A stretch of DNA of 63,349 nt, the filler included, from Hyphochytrium catenoides (Eukaryota; Protista; Hyphochytriomycota): NCBI GenBank assembly GCA_900088475.1. It is 10 parts of 10 records of this genome, joined end to end, with 100 filler letters (N's around TTAATTAATTAA, not from the genome) between each part and the next. Parts side by side here need not be neighbours in the genome. Positions count along the whole stretch, not along the records: positions 11,760 to 27,964 come from FLMG01003260.1; 9 more parts are not named here. One strand, 5' to 3'. The stretch's first letter is position 1. Each line of letters starts with the position of its first letter. Below the pieces are notes generated by a model. That model saw only the letters and a program-made list of their open reading frames with translations, had not been told where the DNA came from and ran no database searches. The position numbers and the translations under genes are program-made. Below, one piece after another: positions 11,760 to 23,330 of the stretch.

Positions 11760-14700
11760 GGTGAGTTGAGCGAGATTAAACCAGTGCTGGACAGCGCCAA
11801 AGAGGCCGTAGGACACATCAAGAGCGACAACCTCAACGAGATCCGGAGTCTGAAGATGCCGCCAGAGCCTATCCATGACGTGCTCTCTGCTGTGCTAATG
11901 CTCTTGGGCATCCAGGATACCTCGTGGACAAGCATGAAGAAGTTCTTGGGCAATAGGTAAGAGAAGGCATCAGAAGCCAAGTTGACCCTATGAGCGACGA
12001 GATACGTCTACGTGTCGGAGAGAGAAGGATCTTCCACTGAAATGTTCTACTTCCTTATCTCCTCTGACGAGGCCCACGTTCATCTTATGTCCATAGTCTC
12101 TAACTCATTGTGCCACAACTTCCATATGCCTCTATTTCTCTAACTCTGTCATGTCCTCGTGCTTCGACAAGAACTGTAAAGGAGGAGATTCAGAACTTTG
12201 ATGCGCAGAAGATTACGCCTGAGATACGCAAGCAGGTGATGAAGCTTGTCAAGAGCAAGGAGCAGAGCTTCGACAGAGACACCATTTATCACGTCTCGGT
12301 CGCTGCTGCTCCCTTAGCTGGCTGGGTGAAGGCGAACCTTCAATATTCTCAAGTCCTTGAGAAAATTCAGCCTTTGCAAGACGAGCTGGATGAAGCTATA
12401 AGAACTCTGGAGAGCCAGGAAGAAAGGCTAAAGCAGTGTGAGACGGAGCTGAAAGAAATAGATGACAAGGTATGACAATGCAAATCTCTGAGAACCATGG
12501 ACGAAGAGATGAAGTTGCAGCAGGCTTGGCAGGGGGAAAAAGAGTGAAGCTCTGACCACCACTGCTGCGTCTATCAGGTGTCCAGCATGAAGCAAGAGTT
12601 TGCTAAGAAGACTCGAGAGGCAGAGAGCTTGAAGGCGGGCCTGGAAAGGGCACAGAATGTCCTGGAAAAAGCGCAGAACCTCATTGGCCAGCTTGGAGGG
12701 GAGCAAAAGCGTTGGGCGGAGCAAGTGAAAGACCTGAACTCACAGATCAGCATTTTGCCACAAAAGATGCTTTTAGCAGCAGGTAGGCCTACAGATCCCA
12801 TGTTCCACCTAAAGAAGACTCTTGAACGAAAGCGCTAGATTTAGCTTTCCCCTAGCGCTCTTTCCACTTGATGTTCCACGCCATAGGTGCCGCATTGGTT
12901 CATCACCGTGCAGGTCTCACTTTTCACCATGAATTGTCGAGTTCTGTCCACCTGGTGGCCTCGTCCCTGTGTCACCGTTGGCTCTCACTAGTCCAATTTC
13001 AACCTTGACGTCTGACCACTTGAGCTTACGTACCTTCCTATTCACGTCCAGGTTTCACTACTTTCCTGGGCAAATCTCCAGAGGACTTCCGTAAGAAGCA
13101 AGTGGAACACTGGTCCGAACTGTTTGACCTCCCCAAGGTGTTTGACTATAGAAAAACCATGAGCAGTGAGAGCGAGCTTCTCACATGGAAGGCTCAAGGT
13201 CTGCCGGCAGACGCCCTCTCTATGGAGAACGCGCTTGTGATCAAACTAAACAGAGATAGAGTGCCTTTCATCATTGACCCAGCCAGCGCTTGCAGCAATT
13301 GGCTCCAGTGTTTCTTCTCTCCTCCCAAGGACAGTTCGTCCTCTCCTTCTGCGGCTCCTCTTTCTGTCGTTGCTTCAAATGACCCGCGCTTCACGAATCT
13401 GGTGGAACAAGCTGTCCGTTTCGGAAAAATTCTGCTGGTGACGGATGTAGATGGTGTTGAGCCTATACTCTACCCCCTAGCACGGAAAGATCTAATGAGG
13501 GAAGGGCCGCGATGGGTCGTGCAGGTGAGGGAAGGAGACTGAGCTTTCCCAGTTTCTGGGACATCTTCCGCATTTTTATCCCGGCGTTCCTGCTTATTTA
13601 GAAGTATTGTTGCCTGCTTGCTCTCCCGGTTCCAAGTGTCCCATGTTAGTGTGAGGTTGCTTCTTATTACCGCTTTCACCCCTTACGATCAATATCGCGC
13701 TGCCTATTGCCTTTATTCTTACGGCGTGCCTTGGCACCGCCATTCCTTGCACTGTTAGGTGGGCGACAAGACCATAGACTATAACGAGAACTTTCGGATG
13801 CTACTAGTTACCCGGAACCCCTATCCTGACCTGCCCCCGGACGCCTCCGCACTCGTGGTAGAGGTGAACTTCACAGTGACGCGGTCAGGGCTCGAAGGTC
13901 AGCTCCTGGGAGTCACGATCGAACACGAGCAGCCGGATCTAGAGAAGCAGAAGAGGTAAGGCTTTGTGGCATTGGGAGGGAGGCTTATCAGGGTTTCCAA
14001 TGCGATTGGACGGAAGAGGAGATAGGTTGAAGAGACAGCCAGATTGACCTCAAGGCGGAGGTCTCCTACCGCGCACCTTCAGTCACTCGACCATATCTTT
14101 TGCTAATGCTCCTTTGTTTTATTCGGTTTGTAGCGCCCTTCTTAAGCAGGAAGAGGACTACAAGATTCAGCTTGCTGAGCTAGAGAAGCAGCTCTTGGAG
14201 GAGTTAGCCACGTCTGAAGGCAACATTCTGGACAACACTGCCCTCATAGAGTCTCTAACCAAGACCAAGGTCACTGCCGCAGAGATCCATCAAAGTCTAT
14301 CGAAGAGCGCGGAGGCATCAGAGGTGAGGTTGTCTAGCTAAGGACCGGGAACTAGCAAGGCCATGGGGTACAGATACAGATTAATGTTTAAGCCAGCACT
14401 TAGGGCTGATCTGCCTAAGTAGCTGAGAGGGAACTGAGAGAGGTGCAAGGAGGGACACGATAAGCCCTCACAAGGGAGTGTCTTGATAAGGTTCAAAGAA
14501 GAGAGGGCTGGGGGAGAATTGGAGCTCACAGCGCTTTCGTGAACAAATGTCCTTATGTCTTCGGTTCACGGCATCTCTCCACCCAGGAACTGGATAGGCA
14601 ACGAGACGCCTATGCGCCATTTGCCAAGAGCGGCAGTCGTCTGTTCTTCCTGATTCAGCAGCTCGACATAATCAACCACATGTATCAGTTCTCTCTCGCT

Positions 14701-17612
14701 TCCTTCTTGATGCTCTTCCGGGATACCCTGAAGGAAAAAGTCAGCTCTGACTCTGTCTCGAAGAGAATACCAGCCCTGATTCCTATACTAGAGAGGAAAG
14801 TCCTCTATTACGTGGGACGGTCTCTTTTTAAGGAGGATCGACCGATGTTTGCTATGGAGCTGATACACGGCATGCATCCCGATGAGTTCCAAGACGACGA
14901 GTGGAAGTTCTTCCTTGGAGAGGTGGTGGGAGAGCTTTCGGACGGAAAGACCCCAAGGGACTACCCCTCTTGGGCGGGGGCGGACAGACGAGAGCATTTC
15001 AAGTCTTTCCAGGTAAGCAGAATGGCGAGAATAGGAAAAGGACTTGTCTGGGAAGAGGCAGAGATGTCAAAAGAGTAGAGAGACAAGAAAGCGAACTAAC
15101 CACGTCGATTTTATAGGAGACATTCCCCAAGCTCGTTTCGTCTCTCAACCTTTCAGACGCAGACCTCTGGCGGCGGTGGTCCAAGTCTCCTGAATGCGAG
15201 AAGGATTTCCCGTCTAAACTGGGAAGGAACGTTTCTCGCTTTCAGAGAGTGCTCATCACACAGTCTCTACGGCCTGATAGGCTGTACAGCGCCATTCAAG
15301 CCTTTGCCTCAGAAGTGTTGGATGTGGAGACTCTTTCCCCTCCTCCTCTCAATCTGAGAGAACTCTATGAAAAGGAGACGAAGGCAGACACGCCTGTTCT
15401 GATCATTACTACCGCAGGAGCGGATCCTTCCTCAGAGTTAGCGGAGTTTGCCCATTCCGTGGTAGGCAAAGAAAAGTATCATGAGCTGGCCATGGGAGGG
15501 GGACAGCAAGAAGTCGCGATGAATCTGCTGAGGAACGCTGCTGAGGACGGTGACTGGGTCTGTTTGAAGAATATTCATTTGGTCGTAGCTTGGCTCCCAA
15601 AGCTTGAAAAGGTTTGGAGACTACGGAACTCGCCTCTTACCGAAGCTGCTCGTCCTTCTTTAGCTCTCATTCATCCTGTCACTTTCACTTGTTTCTTCAA
15701 TTTCCCTACGAACAACCTCAGAGGCCGCTCTGACCTTGACACACCTGTTCTTTTCTTCACAGGAGCTTAATGCCATGAAATTCAACCCAAAGTTCCGCCT
15801 GTGGCTAACTACGGAGGGACATGACAAGTTCCCTTCCATTCTCCTCCAGCAGAGCCTTAAGGTCGCCTTCGAGTCACCTCCCGGAGTCAAGAAGAATCTT
15901 CAAAGGACGCTAAGTACTTGGGGGAGAGACTTCTTGGAAAAAGGGGAAAGTCTCCGGACCCAGCTTCTCTTTTTGCTTGCTTGGTTTCATGCAGTGGTCC
16001 AGGAGAGGAGGACATACATGCCACAGGGGTGGACGAAGTTCTACGAGTTCTCTTATGGCGATCTGCGAGCAGGTGAGGGAAACAGACAGAGAAGAGCAAG
16101 ACGAGCCGCTTGCCATCTATATCGAGGGGATTATATTGTCTGCGAGTGTCTTGTCTTAGCTCTTCTGACTGCTCTGGTTGTTCTTGAACCCCAGGTTCAA
16201 ATGTAATGGAAGCTGTCGCCAAGGGATCTTCCTCTCCCGAATGGGAGACTATCAACGGACTGATGGAAAACGCGATCTACGGCGGAAGGGTAGATAACCC
16301 TTTTGACTTCCGAGTTCTGAAGACATACATTGCCAACATATTCTCCTCGGATACGTTGTCAGGACGGAGGTCTCTGTATGGTACTGTCCGTCTGCCTGGT
16401 AGCCAGAAGTATGATGAGTATGAGAAGATTGTTCATGGCCTTCCTGACCACGACTCACCTTCTCTGTTTGGGCTTCCTGACAACATTGAGCGCTCCGTTC
16501 AAAGGACGAACTCTGCAAAAGTCATCAGACTGTTGAAAACGCTCTCTGCGTCGTCCACAGCCTCTGGAAGATTTGACAGAGAGACCTGGAGGGCCTCTCT
16601 CGCTCCCGTACTCGATTTGTGGCAGAAGCTGTCTTCGTCATCGTCTCCGGAGGTTCTCGCTCGTCCAAAGCTCCCTCCGAACTATAACTCTCCAAACCTC
16701 CCGCCGGTTGACGGCTTTGTGATTATGGAAAGTCAAGCTGCGTATGACCTTGTAAAGTACGTTGATAGCGGCATTCTTGCGCTGAAGAAGGTTGTTTATG
16801 GCACCGGCCTGTTGACTCCCTACATTCAAGCCCTGGGAGCCGCACTGATGGCAGGAGCAGTCCCTGGAGATTGGCAGCAGCGGTGGGAATACTCGGAGCA
16901 TCCCCAGGCTTATTTAAGAGGATTGGTTCAAAGAAAGGTACGGGGTCAGCCTCTTCCCCTACGGTTTAGACCTCTAACAACTCAGAAGCTTGAACTCCAA
17001 CGACTTCACTATGTGTTCGCGGCGTCAAACTGAGTCCTTGCCCTTATGTCTGAAGAGAGGGAGCCAGAGATAGCTTCACTATCTCTTTAATGCGATGCAC
17101 TAACACTGCAATCTTTGGTCTCCCGCTCGTAGGTTGCTTTATCTCGATGGATGGAGCGTGTCAACGAAGGCTCTCTTCTGTCCTCAAAAATCATCCTTTC
17201 CGAGCTATTCAACCCGGGAACCTTTCTGAATTCGCTGAGGCAGCAGACAGCAAGGAAGCTGAAGACCTCAATGGAGTCTCTGAAGCTGATCTCATCGTGG
17301 GAGAAAGGAGCCATAGATCGTGCCCCCATCTCGGTCTCTCTTCACTCTCTCCTTCTCCAAGGTGCAACCTTCGATGGCAAAGCATTGGCTGACCCTGAAG
17401 GGAATGCTCCTGAGTTAGTAGAGGTCCCTGCTGTCCATTTAGCTTACGTCCCAGCTGATAGCCCAGAGTTTACCAGTGGTAACTCTATTGTTGCTCCTCT
17501 ATACTATTCAACTTCCAGAGAGAGAATGCTGGTTGAAGTCTCCCTTCCTGCTGGAGGACAAGGAGAGAAGTGGGTGCTGAGTGGCGTCGCCTTGTTCCTT
17601 ACGGAGGAGTGA
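11760..17612 (+). CDS. DYNC2H1: Cytoplasmic dynein-2 (retrograde IFT) heavy chain, 5'-truncated; stalk, AAA5, AAA6 and C-terminal domain; 11 exons
   Basis: Stalk [33 protein letters not shown]...[16 protein letters not shown] is dynein-2 type. Also [45 protein letters not shown] and [10 protein letters not shown]. Ten GT-AG introns are phase-consistent. Confidence 0.95.
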
Positions 17613-18151
17613 TGTTTCAGCAATGTATAGGTCGATAGGATGCGCTCGTTTTTATGCCTCTAAGGTAAAAAACAAAAGACTTGTGCTCTCCTCTTCAGCC
17701 CGGACTATAGATGATGCGTAAAGCGCGCAACTTCAGAATACCGTGAGCCTCTTCTACTGGCTAGTCCTTACGACGACTCTTAATGATGAGCCCCGGTCTC
17801 GGGGCTTCCACTACTCATTCCCAACCACCATGTCAAGTATGGTCATGAGGATTTTTTACTGCTTTAGCCACTGTGTATGACTTCCTGCCCATCCAGGTAG
17901 TGCTTAGCCCGCTTAGAATTCTCAGCGGACGCCTTGGTGTCGCTTGCGCTGTTGTTGGCAAGACCTTCTACTCCGCGGAACTAACCCTTCTTAGGCCAAT
18001 CAGGCAGAGACTCATTCTTGGTCGTTCCAAGCTTATACACACCGGAACCAATAGGAACTACGGTAAAGCGCTTGGTTCATGTCCGTTGACTCTTGGAGAG
18101 AGGTGAAAGTGAAAAAGAGAGAGGCTGACAAGATAGACTTAAATAGAGTTT

Positions 18152-21100
18152 TTAGGTTATCCAGATGGGTTTGACGTCGTCACTCCCAAACATTTTTCTA
18201 CAATCAGGGCATTTTCTGTTCCTGACCCGAAGGTTTTCCTCTATGCAGAGGTTGCAGAAGACGTGCCCGCACTTAGAGATCATCACGTTCTTTGTCCTAT
18301 CCTTACAGATGCTGCACTTGACCATCTTTCGGAGCTTCTCGAGCTCAACGTTCTTCAGCATTTCGTCTTCGGACAGCGACTTCCTCTGCTGAGCGGGAGA
18401 AGGAGAGCTAGGCTTGACACTTCCTGCTGAGGCTCTATTGTCATGATTTTCAAGCTTTTTCTTCAGGATCTTTATCTCCTCCTGAGCTCGATGGAATTGG
18501 TGGGACCAACTCTCGCTCTGTCTAGCGAGTTCGTTAGCTCTGTGCGTGGCCTCCTGAATTTGCTTCGTTGCCTAAAACAGTGGGGATGAGGAGTCAGGCC
18601 GGGAAGAGTAAAAGAAAGAGGCGACTTGCTTGATTACCTGGTCTAACTGAGTAGTGAGACGTCCCACCGCTCGCTGACTATCTCCTGAACTAATCTGCTG
18701 TCGCTCACAAGTTCTAGATAGCTCCGCAACTTGCCTTTCTAGTGCATCAATCTGTTCACTTTTCCGTGCTGACGATTCCTGAGGAAAGAGACAAGCAGGT
18801 AAAAAAAGAGTCATGGGGAACTTGATGGCAAGAAATGTCTAAAGTCCAATCCGGTAGTGGGGGAAGAGAAGGAATATAAGATGCAAGAGTTGTCTTAAGT
18901 TACTAGAGTAGGAGGTCACAGTAGCAAACAGCGCAGACATATGAGAGGGTCAGGAGAAGGCCATTCAGAGAAGGGGAGAGTATCACTGATATACCTCAGC
19001 AGCGGCAGTTAACCGCCTCTGTCTGTCCACTAACTCCTGAAGTTTCGCTGCCTTAATCTGTGCAGCAGTTACTTCCTCTCTTAAAAGATTTTGGGCTTGA
19101 CTAAGCTTGATGTGTTCAGACATGAGCTGGGCGTTGGCGTTGTCTTTCTCTGCTATCTGAAGAAGTAGCTGTCTGTTGTGCTCCTGTCTTGCCTGGCAGG
19201 AGATGGAGCCGAAAGAATCAACGTCAGACAAACTAGGGCCGTGTACAAGCTGGTCATAATAGACGGAGAACAACCAATATACGAAAAGGGTATGGAGTAA
19301 GAAAATGAATGGACATTTGAAGGATGAAGGACGTAGCCTCTCTTTTACTGCCTCTGTAGTCCTCTTGCCCTATACCGACTCAAAAGCCCTACCTCATATT
19401 GCTCTGCTATACTCTCGACTTCATTTATAAATTCATTTGTCTCAGCCCGGGCAGCTTCAAGGTCTGCGAGCCGTTGTAAGCTCGTTTTTCTCTCTAGCTC
19501 CAGCTCCTTCTGCACCTGAGATAGTTGAAGTTCAGCCGCTGCTTGTCTGCGTCTCAGACTCTCATAGTCCGCCGGTAGGCTACCATTTTTCCTGGGTGGA
19601 GAGAAGATATGAGCGAGGTAGCGACACATGGGGAAAAATAAGAGAAAATCGTAGCCCTCGGGCAAATTAACAGTCATGGGAGCTTTCGCCTGTCCGGATG
19701 ACTTACCGTAGTTGGATAGTAAGCTCCTCTACCGTCCGACTTTTCTGCTCTGCTTCTGCAGTCGCATTCTCCAACTAGAACAGGAAGTAGTGAGTATAGA
19801 GTATAACCCAAGGGTAAGTCTAAGATGAAGGATGTAAGGAGAAGGCGAAAGGGTGGCGCAAGGGGATAGGGGCTTATGGCGCATGTAAGCCTTGAAAAGC
19901 ACTCACTTCTAGCTCCAGGTCATTTATCCTCATCAACATCTCAGACCGCATCGCTGTCCTCCCAGTCTTCTCTGCTCTTTCCGCCTGCACGAATGAGACG
20001 TGTTTAGAGAGTCAAGAGTGGTAGGCACACCTGCCTCTCTCAGCGTGTCTGAAGTATCCAGCTGCTGCTGTCGTACCTTCCTCTTCATACTTTCCAGTTG
20101 CACCTCCATGCCTCTGATGTGCTCCCTCAGCTCAGCAGCCTGCACCAGAAACGGAAGTGAGCTAAATGTTCCTAGAGGCGGACCAGGTGGTGCACATCAC
20201 GGCTAGATTTCTCTCTCTCTCTCTCTCTCTCTTGTGTTTCCCTTACTTCTCTCGCTGTCGCCTTCCTCCTCAGCCTGTCGTCTTCATTATGTCTATGTAA
20301 GGTTCCTGGTACCGCTAAATGCGCTGATAAGGACTCCTGCTACGTACTTCTGCGAGAAGAGATGTCGACAAGGATGCCTTCTCTGCAAAGTCCTTAAGCT
20401 GGGAGCGGAGGTTATCTCCGTCCACCACGGACGCCTCAAGCTTCTTCTGATACTCAGACCGCACTTGCTGGAGCTTCTGACCAACGTGTTGCTCTAGTTC
20501 CTAAGAAACAAAGGTAAGAGTAGAGCAGGTTTCAGTCTAGTGAAGCTGCAGAGGAGGTGTGTACTTCCAAACGCTCCTTCATTACCTTTTGGGCCTTCTC
20601 ATGTCTCCGTACTGCTGCTCTTAGTTCCTCCAGCTCCTTTGTTAGGTTTTCCCTTACCGTTTCGGCAGCTATACGCAAGTGTCGCTCTTGCTGTAAGGAG
20701 GACTGAAGCTGTGGTGAAGAGGACGAACGATTCATCAGTCTCTGGGCTTATAATATGACAGAGATTATTAGCGAGAACAGATGTGACGGCGTGGGCGACC
20801 TTAAGTTGAGATCAGAGATAGATCCTTATACTATTTTAGTCCCTTTTCAATGATGGCGGGAGTGGGAGATATTTAGTAGTAGGATGTGAAGAGACAAACC
20901 TCCATGTATAGTCGGGATCTAGTGATGGAGTCCTCTGAGATTGGACCTATGCGGAGCTTAGTAATCTCTTCGTGAAGTTTAGTCTTCTCCTCGCGAAGCT
21001 TCTCAATTTCATGCAGCCGGGCCTTGTAAGCCTCCTGGGCCCGACTTAGTTCCTCCTTAGCTTGAGCAGCCTCTGTTCCCAAAGGAAAGTTTCCTCTGCC

Positions 21101-22311
21101 ATTCTCCTTGATCGAGACAGATTGATGACTACTTTTAGGACTGGTAGGCTTCTCAAATTTGGGAACTCCGCCTCGGCCGTCTGAGCCTTCAATAAGTCGA
21201 GCAAGGTCTCGACATGCTTGGTGCCGTTCAAGCTCCTTGTAACGGACTTCAGACTCCAGTTGCCGCAGCCTGCTAGTGGCCTGCAACAAGGAATGGGGAT
21301 CTCAAGAGTTATGGAAGGAGGAAAACTTCAAGCAGCGATTAATGGATCGGGAATCACCTTCGCCAGCTTGTCCTTCAGAAGGATGATCTCACTTGCGGCA
21401 GCGCGCTGGCCTATGAGAGGCCTCAACTCAAAGGTCTTGATGACCCGATGAGGGCAAAGGGGAAGATAAGCATTTGAGCACCTGCCATTGTTCAGCCCTA
21501 TCTTGGCCTAACCGCCATATCAATCTTTGATGTATCCCATCTCTGTACGCTCCTCTTCTTCCATAGCCGTAATCATCTCACCTTAGGCTGCAAATTCTGT
21601 ATGTAACGAATCACCCGCTCTAGGAGCGTTGTAGTGAATCGCACGCGTGATAAAGTCTCCTGCTCAACAAGTCTCTGATGTCCATCGTCAGCGACGACGC
21701 TCTCGTCCTCTTCTTCTAGTAGCGCAGACTTGGTGTGTAAGGGATATTCCAAACGCTAGCTGAAGAAACCTTCACCTACCGTTGTCTTTCTCCGTGGGCA
21801 AAACCTGGTACCAGTCATCTTCTAAACTTGGCTCTATCGCTGTGTCGACTATCAAGTAAGGTTTGGAAGCCTCCAACAACATTCTGAGGGCCGAATCCTG
21901 CCCTTGAGCTTGATTCTTTCCTTCCTCCAATAAACCTCCAAGCAACGCCTGCGAGTCAAAGTCCAGCTAGTAGGAGCTCGTAAGAGACTAACAAGGCGTA
22001 CCTCTAAAAAAATATACCCGTTACATTTACATCGTACCTGTGCCCAGTGTCGGTTTATACAGCTGAAAGTGGATTCAGCAGTCCGATGCTTTTTCCGGAC
22101 CACCGAGAGCTTTTCTTGAAGATAAGCAATTTTGCGCTTCTTCTCCTGCATTTCGATGGCCAATGCATGGTTCCGATTGAGGAGCACCGTGGGATCAACC
22201 TGCGGGAGCATTAGTCTACCAGGGGATAGTATGCAGATTTGTCAATTGGCAACTTACGTGCTCCTCATCCTGGCTTCCTGCAGCAGTCTCTCCACTTTTG
22301 AGCTTACTCAT
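18152..22311 (-). CDS. BRE1: Histone H2B E3 ubiquitin ligase BRE1 (RNF20/40, HUB-like), about 15 exons
   Basis: N-terminal VDPTVLLNRNHALA...INRHWAQLD, long coiled coils, and a EFINEVESIAEQYE|ARQEHNRQLLLQIAEKDNANAQLMSE motif. C-terminal C3HC4 RING CSIC...CGHVFCNLC...RNRKCPDC. One intron appears to be GC-AG. Confidence 0.9.
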
Positions 22312-23330
22312 CTCCGAAACCCATTAAAGTCGTCGCTGCAAAGGCATTGGCTCTAATAAAGGGACGAAATCCGTCCAAGCTGCTGTCATAGCAGATTGGC
22401 TCGTCCTCTGAAGAAGCAGAACAAGAGGAATGGGCATGCCTATCGCTCTTGATGTCCGATGAAACCCATGGATGGAATACTGGCAGCGCTGCTCCTAGTA
22501 CAAATTCTTGTAAGGCGATAACCCTATCGGCCTGCGAAGTGTGAAGTCTAATCTGCAGTTGACATTTCTGCAGATTTCTCTGATCAGTGAACACGGAATA
22601 TGGAGATCGCCGCGTCTCGCCGAATCACAATAATCTAAGGGCCACGATGACCGCACTTTAGGTGCGCGTTTGATGGTCAAACCTCCCATAGCACTGCTGT
22701 ACTAGAGTAGAAGAGCGCCACAGTTACGCACAATAGATCACATATGCCAAACTAAGTATATGATTATCACCTGGTAACTAGTTCTATTGAAGTGTTACGC
22801 TAGTAGCCGCTAACGTCCCGTCTGCTGGCCAAGAACGATTGGAGAAGGAAGGACCATCAAAGAACCAAGAAGCAGTCACAAGTTGATTCCTAAACCTCAC
22901 ACAGATGGACCTGGCGCCCAGATAGGTATATATGTATGACTTATCAAACTCAGTCACTGACTCACCTGACCCTTTGCATCTGTTGGTGATGGCTCTGATC
23001 TTTCCTGCACTGTCGGTGACAGATGATTGATGAAGACGAGAGCTCGGTTTGTTGGTTCTTGGAGCGCAGTGTCGGCGCTCCTGAACGCCTCTCGCTCCCC
23101 TTCTTTTCACCCTTCTGATGACTGCTAGTCCCTGCCGTGTCTCCATCCAACCGTCTTTATTGCATTACCGCTTCGGAGCAGCTGGTAAACGGGCCATTTG
23201 ACCAGCACTATCGAGCGCTGGTCTTTCCGGGGACGGTAGCTGGTGTGTTCCGAACGGTAGCTGGGTGGTCGCGCGAGCGAGAAAGAAAGGGCAAGGATAG
23301 ACAGTAGACTTGCAGGGGTCGGCCGGAGAG
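22312..23330. promoter_or_regulatory. Divergent (head-to-head) promoter region of BRE1 and importin-5
   Basis: About 1 kb lies between oppositely oriented ATGs on one contig; ACGGTAGCTGG is repeated at 23233 and 23254. Confidence 0.5.

Noticed and set aside
17782-17806. ATGATGA plus GC-rich hairpin between dynein and BRE1 as a C/D snoRNA or terminator
   Set aside because: There is no suitably placed D box or terminal stem; a 7-bp stem can arise by chance, and bacterial-type terminators do not apply.
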